Assembly: GCA_002269645.1 (NCBI GenBank)
Contig: NIVC01002163.1
Coordinates: 62,001-126,000, forward strand
DNA from: Macrostomum lignano
Taxonomy: Eukaryota
DNA: 64,000 bases
Direction of reading: 5' to 3'
The notes beneath the pieces are model-generated. The model ran no database searches. It saw only the letters and a program-made list of their open reading frames with translations, and had not been told where the DNA came from. The position numbers were made by a program, and so were the translations under genes. Below, in pieces: positions 49,245 through 61,206 of this stretch (position 1 is its first letter; every line of letters starts with the position of its first letter).

Positions 49245-50070
49245 TGGCGATCGGGGAAAGAGGATAAGGATAAAGGAATGGAAAAAGGGGATCGGGGAAA
49301 GGGGATTCGGGCATGGGGATCGGGGAAAGTGGATTCATGCATGGGGGATTTGGGCATGGGGATCGGGGAAAGGGGATTCGGGCATGGGGATCGGGGAAAA
49401 AGGATTCATGCATGGGGATCGTGAAAAGGGGATTTGGGCATGGGGATCGTGAAAAGGGGATTTGGGCATGGGGATCGTGAAAAGGGGATTCGGGCATGGG
49501 GATCGGGGAAAGTGGATTCGGGCACGGGGATCGGGGAAAGGTGATTCGGGCATGGGGATCGGGGAAAGGTGATTCGGGCATGGGGATCGGGGAAAGTGGA
49601 TTCATGCCTGGGGATCGGGGAAAGGTGATTCGGGCATGGGGATCGGGTAAACTGGATTCATGCATGGGGATCGTGAAAAGGTGATTCGGGCATGGGGATC
49701 ATGAAAAGGGGATTCGGGCATGGGGATTGGGAAAGGGGGATTCGGGCATGGGGATCGTGAAAAGTGGATTCGGGCATGGGGATCGGGAAAAGGGGATTCG
49801 GGCATGGGGATCGGGAAAAGGGGATTCGGGCATGGGGATCGGGAAAAGGGGATTCGGGCATGGGGATCGTGAAGTGGATTCGGGCATGGGGATCGGGAAA
49901 AGGGGATTCGGGCATGGGGATCGGGAAAAGGGGATTCGGGCATGGGGATCGGGTAAAGTGGATTCGGGCATGGGGATCGGGAAAAGGGGATTCGGGCATG
50001 GGGATCGGGAAAAGGGGATTCGGGCATGGGGATCGGGTAAAGGGGATTCGGGCATGGGGATCGGGTAAAG
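49245..50070. repeat. G-rich minisatellite, 28 bp unit GGGGATTCGGGCATGGGGATCGGGAAAA
   Basis: Directly visible upstream of MPG. Confidence 0.96.
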
Positions 50071-50599
50071 GGTATCGGTGAAATGGGGTTATTGGGAAAG
50101 GAAATAAGTGAAATGGGATGTGGCGCATGGATAGGTGGATAAAGGGAAAGTCAACAGAGGACAATGGGAGGAGAATTACTACAAGCATATAATTTTCGCT
50201 GAACTCACGCCTTATACGAAATGATAAAATCCGGTCAATTTTTAAAAAAAAATTCGCCAAACAAAATGTATATTGGTAGCACAATGCAGATGCGATTGAC
50301 AAGTAGCAAAATACGAGTACATTAGGAAAAGTTGTCTAAGAGATCAAGTTCACCAGTTTGCCAATCAGGGTCAATCAGACATAAACAAAATACAATCGAT
50401 GCCTAAAACGCAATTAAAAATGGTCTTGGCCATTGCTTAAATAGTATAGCAGATTTGTGAACTCTCGTGATAAATGTTGCGATAATAAAATACAATTTTT
50501 TTGGACGTGGGAACAGTGCAGCACTCGATATGTTGTTGAAAGCCAGATAGAAGGACACAAAAAATGAAGTAAATTACATGCAGCTCCGATCAGATGGGA

Positions 50600-51350
50600 G
50601 AATTAGAGGATGGGGATCTGGAGGGTATGGGGATCTGGAGGGATTGGGGATCTGGAAATTGGAATCTGAAGATGGTGATCTAAAGGGAATGAGGGTCTAA
50701 AGGGAATGAGGATCTGGGGAATGGGGATCGAGGGGGAAATGGGGTCTTGGAATGGGGATCTGGAAGGATTGGGGATCTAGAGGGAATGGGGATCTATGGG
50801 GAATGGGGGTCTTGGAATGGGGATCTGAAGGGAATGAGGATCTGGGGAATGGGATCTATGGGGAATGGGGGTCTTGGAATGGGGATCTGAAGGGAATGAG
50901 GATCTGGGGAATGGGATCTAGGGGGAATGGGGGTCTTGGAATGGGGATCTGAAGGGAATGAGGATCTGGGGAATGGGATCTAGGGTGAATGGGGTCTTGG
51001 AATGGGGATCTGAAGGGAATGAGGATCTGGGGAATGGGATCTAGGGTGAATGGGGTCTTGGAATGGGGATCTGAAGGGAATGAGGATCTGGGGAATGGGA
51101 TCTAGGGGGAATGGGGGTCTTGGAATGGGGATCTGAAGGGAATGAGGATCTGGGGAATGGGATCTAGGGTGAATGGGGTCTTGGAATGGGAATCTGAAGG
51201 GAATGAGGATCTGGGGAATGGGATCTAGGGTGAATGGGGTCTTGGAATGGGGATCTGAAGGGAATGAGGATCTGGGGAATGGGATCTAGGGGGAATGGGG
51301 GTCTTGGAATTGGGATCTGGAGATATGATCTGGAGATAATGAGAATTGGG
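50600..51350. repeat. G-rich composite minisatellite (~61 bp, GGGATCT/GGAAT subunits)
   Basis: Directly visible. Confidence 0.92.
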
Positions 51351-51849
51351 GCATGAGGATCTAGAGAGAATTGGAAAATGAGAATATGGACGCGATGGGG
51401 GTGAGGAATGAGACGTGGACTCATGAAGTCACATGGTTGATGCGATACAGTCCCGAAGTTTGCAATGACACTGAAGGCAAACAATAAAACAAAAGATAAA
51501 ACATTGCCCTAAAACGCCGATACAGTTTTTGAAGTTTTGTGTGATAAAATGCAGCCAGTAAAAAATGGATAAAAATGTGACAAAAATATTGTGTGTCATG
51601 AGCGAAATTTTGTCAAAAAAGTGGCACATAATGAGCACCACATACTATTGGCAACATTATTAACAGTGAATTATGGCATTAAATTTTTTTAAATGTGTTA
51701 ATGTTAAATAATGGGTATAAGGTTAACTGGATAGTCATATAAAAATCATGAATAAAAGGCAATGAAAGCATTGAAATAAATACAAAACAATATCCCTTAC
51801 AATCTATGGGCTGCTCTAGAGATTAATTGATTGGAATTTATAAATCCCT

Positions 51850-52090
51850 GTATTCGGATTTGGAAACCAATGGATTAGGATTTTGAAATCCAAGAATTGG
51901 ATCTGGAAATCCATGGATTAGAATCTGGAAATCCGTGGATTAGGATTTGGAAACCAATGGATTAGGATTTGGAAACCCATGGATTAGGATTTGGAAATCC
52001 AAGGATTAGAATCTGAAAATCCATAGATTCGGATTTTTAAATCCATGGATTATAATCTGGAAGGCTATGGATTAGGAATCAAACAGAAAT
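51850..52090. repeat. Degenerate ~21 bp minisatellite (GGATTAGGATTTGGAAATCCA)
   Basis: Visible but diverged. Confidence 0.7.
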
Positions 52091-52309
52091 CCATAAATAT
52101 GTTTGAAAAATCCTTGCATCAAAGGTTAGAAAACAACAAGGATATGAATACAGAAACCAGTGAGTTAGAGTTTTTAAATGACAGATTCCAGACATCCTTT
52201 ACTTGATCAAAATTCTGGTTAGTATTAAAGAGTCTCATGACGATAAATTTAATTTAGAATACCTTCAAGCAGGATGGTTAAAATCTGAAAAAATGAGTAA
52301 AACATCCAT

Positions 52310-53822
52310 TCAGTCGATGCCGAAATACCTGGCGCAGAAGTGATACGGCACCAGATCGTGCACCTCGGTAGTGAGCACCCGAACGTCCGGATACTCCGAC
52401 AGCACAGAGTCTAAGCCGTGCCGAGTTGAGAACAGATTAAGCAGAAACAGATTCGACTCGGGCACCTGATAATCCTCGGTTAGCAGCTGCAGGGCTTTGG
52501 TGGCAACTCGGCCGTCGCCAAGCACTGGCTGCATCAGCAGGACTCGACGCTGGTGCACCCGAGGCGGCAGACGGACGTACACCGGCTCCGGTGCGTCGGC
52601 GCAGTCGCCGCCAGCGCAGTCGCCTCCCTGGATGAGCATCTTGCCGATGCGGATTGCCCGGCAACAGTCGCGCAGGCCTTTCTCCATCGCTTCGCCAGAC
52701 GGCATAACGCTGATGCCGCAGCTGCCGCGGGAGGCGCGCAGGCCGTCGTAGGGATGCCCGCCTGGCGTCAGCACCGACAGGGACTGGTAGGGCAGGTAGT
52801 TCAGCGCTTCCTCAACCAGCAGTCGAATCAGCCTGTCAGCGTAGAATACGAAATCCGACCGGCTGGTGTCGCGATCCCGCAGCAGAGTGTGCAGCTCGCA
52901 CAGCTGGCAGCTGGGCGTCAGGACCCGGACTCGGCTGCCGCTGGAGTCGCTGTCGGCGGCCTCCTCCGCGGCGGTGCTTGGCGCCGATGGCTGGCGCTGG
53001 CGACCGGTGCCGTCGGACCGGCAGGCCGCTCTGCGATTGAGGGGTTTGGGATCAGTCGCGGCATTCGAGATCGGTAATTTAAGATTAGGGAGTAGCTTAA
53101 AGGATTATTGTCCTAGGATTAGGGATTGCTGTCGTAGGATTAGGGATTAGTGTCCCAGGATTAGAGATTAGTGTCCGAGGATAAGAGATTCGTATGCTAG
53201 CATTAGGGATTAGTGTCCTAGGATTAGCGATTAATGAACTAAGATTAGGGATTTGTATGCTAGGATTAGGGATTAGTGTCCTAGGATTAGAGATTTATAT
53301 CCTAGGATTAACAATCAGTGCCCTAGGAGTAGGGATTTGTATGCTAGGATTAGGGATCAGTGTTCTAGGATTAGAAATTTGTAAGCTAGGGTTAGGCATT
53401 AGTATCATAGGATTAGGGGCTAGTATCTAACACTTGGGTATTGGTATCCAAGGCTTAGAGATTATTAGAATTAGTTATCAGTATTCTAGGTTTAGGGATC
53501 AGCATCCATAATAGATGGGATCAATAGGCCTATTGATAAATATCTTATAATTTTAACTTCTAAAGATTCAGAATCAATATTACAAATTTAAAAGAAGTTT
53601 AAAAAATAATGAAAATTATTACTTATTATCTTGTTAGTAATAAGGATTAACACATTATTTTTAAAAATATAGTTAGTATCAAGATATAAAAAGTAAACAT
53701 AGAAAAATACAATTTTTTTCTTACCTTGAAACATCCTTTGAGTCAAGAATGCACTGTTGGAATGGTGGCCCATTGAGAGCAGAAGCTGGTTTGCATCCAT
53801 TAATACCAATATTGTAGTCCAT
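52310..53822 (-). CDS. UPRT: Uracil phosphoribosyltransferase homolog, animal UPRT type (~272 aa)
   Basis: Exons 53822-53725 (MDYNIG..DVS, phase 2 donor AG|GTAAGA) and 53030-52310 (CGCAG|A). Motifs DFVFYADRLIRLLVEEALN, SGEAMEKGLRDCCRAIRIGKMLIQ and LTTEVH..YFGID match animal UPRT. Confidence 0.93.
53084..53500. repeat. Degenerate intronic minisatellite (GGATTAGGGATTAGTGTCCTA-like)
   Basis: Visible but diverged. Confidence 0.75.
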
Positions 53823-56800
53823 TTTGATCAATGTACTTGGCTAAAATAAAAGAAATTGAGTTTAAATAAAGAATTATTTTTAATACTAGCTTCTAAAATA
53901 AAGAATAGATGGTTGGTTTCTATATTAATAATACAATTTTATTTAAATATTTTAAGGTTCTATTTGATACATGCACAATCCCACTGATTTACACTGGCCA
54001 TGTAACTTACCTTTGACCAAAAATACAACTTACATATAGAAAACCTAAAGCAAAATAAGTAACTATGATGGAGTAATTATGCAGGAGTAACTATGACTGT
54101 CTTATCAAGGCTAAATGCCTTATGATTTAATTAGCACTACATCTATATTCTTTTTGGTAGGAATTTTTGCAAATTACCTCTGGTCTACCACAATTTATGG
54201 TGGCTATATTGGCTAGCAATTGGGCATGTAAATTATATTTTTTCATGTTAAAGATATAGGGCTATATTAACCATATGCATGTATTAAATATTTTTTGATA
54301 AGATAATGCTTGTCAATTATACAAGATACAGACTAAGATATATATAGTCTATAAACAGTTAATGAAACTTCATTTGTTCAAATGCCTTAGACATATGTAA
54401 GCCATTATAACAAAAAACTTTAATTGTAATATCTATTTTCAAAGTAATTAAAATGTTGGTCATAAAAATTAAGTCAAAATTGCTTTAAAAAATATTAAAA
54501 GTGTATTTAAAACTATAGGCCTAGTTTTTTCAACCAAGAGTCTATATTTATTTAAAATAATTAAATTAAAAATCATTAATTTTCTAACTCTAAAATATCT
54601 AATTTGTTTTTAAAATGAATATTAAATATAAAAGTTTTTATAATTATACAAAAAAATAAAACTACCAGGCCTAATTATAAATAATACTTTGTCAAAAAGA
54701 AGTGCTTATCCTTAGACTACAGTCCTATGCCAATAATTCCAATTTTATTCATAGAGATATATCAACAATTTTCAGCTTATCCTCATGGCAGCTTATTGAA
54801 AATAGTTTAAATTAAGGCAGTTGTTATTGTTACAGTGACCGTATAAATAGTGAGATGGTTATTTTTACAGTTAACACTTAAAACAAATACCATCTAAATG
54901 AAGTGACAAACTTGCTGTGCAAATACTATGATGGTTAGATTTAAAAAATAAAGAAACATTTTATTAATAAATACCATGGTAACTTTTAGTGGTTCTTGTC
55001 ATGGTAGCTCACTTTAGATAATTGTTACTATTAGAGTATTACCTTGTAATTTAACAGAAATTTCTTCCATATGACTGTAAAAATAGCCATTTTGCTTCCT
55101 ATCTATGGTGACCATAAAAATAAGTTTTTCTATTTATATGGTTACATTAAGTAAAGACCATAGGCTCGCATAGTGTCTTTTGAGTTAACCATAAAAAGTA
55201 ACCATTTTGTTATTTATAAGGTCATCATAACTAGGGGTTGGATGCCAGGATCAAAATTTTCAGGATCGGGATTGGGATCGGGAATCAGGATTTGGGATAG
55301 GGGCAAATGAACTCTATATGGATACAAATACCATACCCAAAGTCCATCCATATCATACATACATGTATATTGTATACCCACTATATGCCTAGGTAAACAA
55401 TACATTTGTATCCTAATTCTTATGTTATGTTATGAATGTTAGAAATTAGAATTAGTACCAATACAAATACCAATGTCCAATAACTAACTACTAGACTAGT
55501 CCATACCCCATAGGACTAGTCTACTGGACCAACATAAATGAGGAAATCAGTAAAATATATATTATAACTTTTATAACATTTCTTGTTTGCATGTATGCAT
55601 AATTTACATTTACATAATATTACTAATTAAATGTAAATTACAAGTTCATAATTAAATCAAGTGTTACTTTTTTCATAATATTTTTAATGTAATCAATACT
55701 TTGATGAATTAAATAATTTTTTCATTGATAGAAAATGTTCTTAAATTAAAAATTCAGTCCTAGGCTAATCAAATTTAAAACAAATAAAATTCTAAATGAA
55801 ACTAAATTCTAATACTGGAATTTTTGTATTGTGGTTGTGCCATAAAATATTGATGACTAATGAATCCAATAGTATTTATTAGTAGTAGGCCTATGCCTAT
55901 CATCCCTATTGGAATAAATGTTGAAAACCCGCAGACATGCACTTAAGAATAGAGTCAAATTATTTTCCCGCACTTTAGGATTATTAGAGATGTCCCGAAA
56001 GAGCAGTTTCCTCAAAATCAAAATTTATTAACTTTCCAAACTCAAAATTGAAATTTTCTGAAATCAAAATGTAGAAAAACAAAGTTTAGTATGACCAATA
56101 CTCACTTTTTACATCCAATTTACTGCTTATGCAAAATGAAATATATGTATATATAGTATTGTAGTAGTGCATAGTGACATAGAATGTTTTATTTCTGTGA
56201 ATATTTTTTCTGGCAAGATTGCTAACAGTACAAAGTACAAACATATAAATGTAATGATGCTTCAACATTCATGCACCTATATTAATTATTCAAAAAAATT
56301 TATGCCTACCTATAACAAATACGAATTCGACTCAAACTAGCACTAACTTAAAACAGTCAGCGCTTAAATAAACCATTTGACTTACCTCATTATATCGTAT
56401 TGCCATGATATTGAAGTAACAGTAGCTTGACTTCTTTAGCAAGGGGCTTGAAACGATAGTTTAAACAATTTGTTTGGATGAAAATATTTCTAGTAAAATG
56501 ACAATGGCAAAAACTTTTACTCTGCAGAAAAAAAAACAAAAATGACATTAGCCTATCCCGATTCTGGAAATTGAAGTTGTCGAGATCCCGAGTTTTCGGG
56601 AACATGATCGGGATCCCGTCCAACCCCTGACCGTAACAATAACAACTACCTTAAATTAAAATAGTCACTTATTATTTCAATAAGCTGCTGTGGCTTATGA
56701 ATAGGCCAAGGTAAAAATTCTAACATCCATGCAAATGAAATTGGAAATATTTGCCCATGGGGATCATTACTTCCTTTTTAAAAACCTAGGATTTATTAAA

Positions 56801-57731
56801 ATATATAATTGCTATAGTCTATACCTTTATTAATATTAATATAGATAGTATAATTACAATTTATTTTAGTTGTATAATATAATATATATAGTAGGCCTAC
56901 TAATACAAAACAATGTTTGTCAAGTAATAAAAACAAATTTTCCATGATAATTACTATCTTTAAAGCATTTATACTAGTCTAAGACCTATGCTATAAACTT
57001 TTAGTCAAACTGGCAACAAGATAATACAGCAACAAACAATCCAGGTGACAGTCAAAGTGGCAATAGTCAATATAATAATAGATTTGTTTGTACAAATGGA
57101 TAACATTTAGGGGCCTAGTACATTTAGTTGAGCAGCTGGCAGCTGCGTAGACATAAAAAAGGTATACTGTGTACTGTAGTGTACATGCACAACACCTAGC
57201 CAAGCTGACTAATCTAGTGGGCTAGCAAGGGGCCAAGCCAAGGTTAAGTTGCAAAAATGCATGCCCAAAAATACAAACATATTACTAACTAAATAACGCA
57301 AAGAATTTTTGCTTATATTGACGCTGAGGTGAATGCCTTCCAGGAGTCGGGCAGGAGACTGCTTTTTGTCCGTGTTGCTACGCTGCACATGCAACGTGGC
57401 GTAATAATCGATCATTAAATCAATTGTTAAAATGACCGGATTTTCAGTTCTCGGTTCAGTTCCGAAATTTAAATTAATTCACTCCGGATTGCCTCTAAAT
57501 AGTTAGTGTATAAACAAAGTAAAAACATTTCTGCTCCAATTGCACTTAAACAGCAAATAAAAAAGCATTGCCATTGCAATAAATATTTAAATTATATTAT
57601 TTCTTGATGATAGTTATACATTTTATTGTAATTTTTCGTCAGTCATTTTAGCGCGCATATGAAACTTATGCATACGAAATTCAATTAAGCACATTGCTTT
57701 CGAATTGCTTGAAGAATGCCTAAGGCAAAGG

Positions 57732-57920
57732 CAGTGGCGCAACCAGGTGGGGGGCGGGGGCGGTCGCCCCCCTCTTATAGGCACGGAGACCCAAAAAATC
57801 AAAGAATCAGAGGGGGGACCAAGCGAATTTTCGCCAAAACAGAGCCACACCTCCGACCCCTCTCCCGGGACTTTACCCTCCAGAATCCGCCCCCTCATAA
57901 AATTTCTGGTTGCACTACTG
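57732..57920. mobile_element. Nested ~190-bp MITE with hAT-style ends (CAGTGGCGCAACCAG...CTGGTTGCACTACTG)
   Basis: 15-bp imperfect TIR; no TSD found. Confidence 0.45.
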
Positions 57921-58264
57921 AACATTATTTTACATATTATAATTATAATTATAATTTTAATTACATGTATATATAATAATATAAAATTAAAAAAGATATT
58001 TAATTTATCTGCACTTTCTTTGAAAATTTAATCTCATAAGAATAAAGTATAAGCATAAAAGTCATGCTCAAATGTCTTTTGCTGAGCAAAACTGTCACTC
58101 TATAATGATGGTATTAAATATTTACGCGTAGATGAACTTTGTTTTAGTTTTTAGTTACTCTTAAGACTAGAAAAAAATTACCTGGGACTATATGAAGTAT
58201 AATTTGTTTTAACTAATTGTTTTACTTAAATGAATAAAAAATATATACACTGTAAAAGTTAGCT

Positions 58265-58730
58265 CATAACAGCAACAACAACAACAAATTCTGCAGCTAG
58301 CAATCAAAGTCACAGAGCAGGGTGCTTCAGATGGCGCGCCGCAGAGCCTGAGAGCGGACGAAGTCCGCCCCGTTGGCAGTGTCGGGGCGCCCTGGCGTCG
58401 CGTACGTAGGAGGCAGTCCACGTATCGACGGGTTTGGGCCTGACCCCGCCTGAGCGGGCCCTGCAGAGTGAGCAACAGGACGTCCTGAACAGGTTGGCGT
58501 GTTGACAACCAGTCCGACGCTCAATGCCACAGGAGAGCGAGTTCGTCGGCGTAGCCAAGCAAATAATAATAAGGCGCTTTTCGCCGTGGCGGCGACCGAT
58601 GCGTCTGCGCAGCGCAGGAAGCCGTCGTTAGTCGAGGAGACTGCGGTCCGAAGCACCCAGTGGCAGCAGCACGAAGAGAAACGGCGCCAAAGTGTCGCCA
58701 TGCAGAACTCCTGATGAAGTGTCGAACTGA
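58265..58730 (-). pseudogene. Decayed non-LTR retrotransposon (RTE-like LINE) RT and 3' end fragment
   Basis: Frameshifted motifs GVLHGDTLAPFLFVL, WVLRTA, LLGYADELAL and C-terminal VQDVLLLTLQGPLRRG..RYVDCL, followed by a (TTG)n tail. Confidence 0.8.
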
Positions 58731-59299
58731 TGATGATTTACATGTATGTAATCGCCTACTAGTGAACCGTCTTCTCATGGGGGAATGATCAGATCGTATG
58801 ACTATGGATGGCTGCCAGCCGTCTATGACCAGACTATGACCGACAGATCGCCCTTCAGATTGTCCCGCCCATGCTGATAACAATTTTTGGTAGTGCTATA
58901 TTAGAGACGCGGTAAGGACCCAAATGTGCCCCATCGATAGCTAAGGTGCAAATATTGATCATCGGTTTATTGCATGACCCACTGGCTGCCACCACTCTGT
59001 GACCTGGCGAACCTGGATCTACGGTATGACCAGACCTGGCGAGGCCGGAGCCTCGCCTGGGATGGGTATCAAGGGTTGGAGCTAGCGGCGAGCAGCATGC
59101 AGCCGAATAGCTATAATAGGAATCTGCTTGGGCACAAATCGGGAACTCCGGGATCATACAGACGGATTTTTATCAGGGGATCCTTTTAAGGCTGTGATGA
59201 CATACGGTTCAGATTGCAAAAAGTACATGTAGTGTATAGAGAAAACGTAGAACAGCTATACATGTACATCTAGTTTGGATTGATCAATGGGTTCGGGCC

Positions 59300-59580
59300 T
59301 GGCTCCTCATATGAAAGGTTTTCCTCTCCACATGGAGCACCAGACCGCTGATGTGATGAACCACTGCTGGCCGCAGCGTGCGTCTGCGTCGTGGCATGTC
59401 AGGTCCGCTGATACGTCAGCAGACACAGTCAGCATCTCGGTCTTCAATATGCTGACAACGCTTGAACCCACCTCTTTTTGTGCTTTCAACAGACGAGAAA
59501 AAGAGGCTGAGGTCGCCAGCGTTGCCAAACAAGCTCAGGTGTTTTTTTGCCGCTGTGGCGAACGATGCGTCTCCACAACA
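59300..59580 (-). pseudogene. Second, more decayed LINE RT fragment homologous to the 58.5-kb copy
   Basis: LFGNAGDL aligns with LLGYADEL; downstream VG..LKTEML resembles the post-YADD region; DNA GAGGTCGCCAGCGTTGCCAAACAA versus GAGTTCGTCGGCGTAGCCAAGCAA. Confidence 0.55.
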
Positions 59581-59601
59581 GATAAAAAAAGCAAAAAGAA
59601 A

Positions 59602-60548
59602 TCTCTCCATTTCAGCATTCGAGGTGTGCCACGAAGCTCACAGATGTTCAATTGAAAAGATATTTTTGGTGTAAAGTCTACTCAGATGTTATATTGCAAA
59701 AATGCTTTTAGTTTAATTTTAAAAAGATTTTCCTTGCTGTAGTATGCATTTGATTTTTTTGTACAGTCACCATCTACGTCGTAAATTCTAAAGAAAATTC
59801 TCTCCATTTCAGCATTCGAGGTGTGCCACGAAGCTCACAGATGTTCAATTGAAAAGATATTTTTGGTGTAAAGTCTACTCAAATGTTATATTGCAAAAAT
59901 GCTTTTAGTTTAATTTTAAAAAGATTTTCCTTGCTGTAGTATGCATTTGATTTTTTTGTACAGTCACCATCTACGTCGTAAATTCTAAAGAAAATTCTCT
60001 CCATTTCAGCATTCGAGGTGTGCCACGAAGCTCACAGATGTTCAATTGAAAAGATATTTTTTGTGTAAGGTCTACTCAAATGTTATATTGCAAAAATGCT
60101 TTTAGTTTAATTTTAAAAAGATTTTCCTTGCTGTAGTATGCATTTGATTTTTTTGTACAGTCACCATCTACGTCGTAAATTCTAAAGAAAATTCTCTCCA
60201 TTTCAGCATTCGAGGTGTGCCACGAAGCTCACAGATGTTCAATTGAAAAGATATTTTTTGTGTAAGGTCTACTCAAATGTTATATTGCAAAAATGCTTTT
60301 AGTTTAATTTTAAAAAGATTTTCCTTGCTGTAGTATGCATTTGATTTTTTTGTACAGTCACCATCTACGTCGTAAATTCTAAAGAAAATTCTCTCCATTT
60401 CAGCATTCGAGGTGTGCCACGAAGCTCACAGATGTTCAATTGAAAAGATATTTTTGGTGTAAGGTCTACTCAGATGTTATATTGCAAAAATGCTTTTAGT
60501 TTAATTTTAAAAAGATTTTCCTCGCTGTAGTATGCATTTGATTTTTTG
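59602..60548. repeat. 197-bp satellite, ~4.8 near-identical copies, inside the TIR element
   Basis: TCTCTCCATTTCAGC recurs at 59602, 59799, 59996, 60193 and 60390. Confidence 0.97.
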
Positions 60549-61206
60549 TTTATTTATTTTCGTGGAACTGAACGTGGAACTGAAAATCCGGTCATATTGT
60601 TAAAACTAAAACTTTTTGACTGAGTTTAAATATTAAACACGGCACTTACACTTCAAAATAACAAAAGTTTTAAAAATGAGCCAAGGTGAAATCTGCTTGA
60701 AGAACTTTTAAAATGATTTAAAAAATTTCTCTTTCAAAGAAATCTTTCAATCCATTAGTTTTAATTCCTTTATAGCATAGCACCATTTTTACCCACAATC
60801 AGTAATTAAATCTGCCAACAACAGAAAGCAGGATGTCCTAAGTTTTTTATCATACATGGAAGTAAAACGTAGAAGTACTGTCAATTTTTACGAGTGTGTC
60901 TTTGCAATGGATAAAGCAGAATCAACGAAAAAAATATTAAAACGCAGCATACCTCCACATAAGACAAATTCTTTATTTTCTACTACGCGCGCGTATATAG
61001 TGGTTAAATATTAAAACTACAAAGTCTAGTCTCATAGCTTAAAATGTGATGAGACTTCCAAGGCTACATGCACGAGAAGTTAACACTATTTTTTGTCTTC
61101 CTGTGGTACACTCTTGAAGCTCAAGACTAAAAGCTAGTCGAAGTGTTGATCGAATCGGGACAAATTTAAAAAAATCAGAGCAAAGCGCGCAATCCCAGCT
61201 TTGCAC

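Larger units (their letters stand above)
57432..60595. mobile_element. 3.16-kb non-autonomous TIR DNA transposon with a 9-bp TSD (Mutator/MULE-like)
   Basis: Left TIR ATGACCGGATTTTCAGTTCtcgGTTCAGTTCC; right end reverse complement ATGACCGGATTTTCAGTTCcacGTTCAGTTCC; ATTGTTAAA at 57423-57431 and 60596-60604. Confidence 0.85.

Noticed and set aside
46349-53150. Antisense ORFs overlapping STX5, MPG and UPRT (e.g. 46349-46852, 47104-47500, 52553-53077)
   Set aside because: Shadow ORFs expected opposite GC-rich coding exons; no independent homology signal
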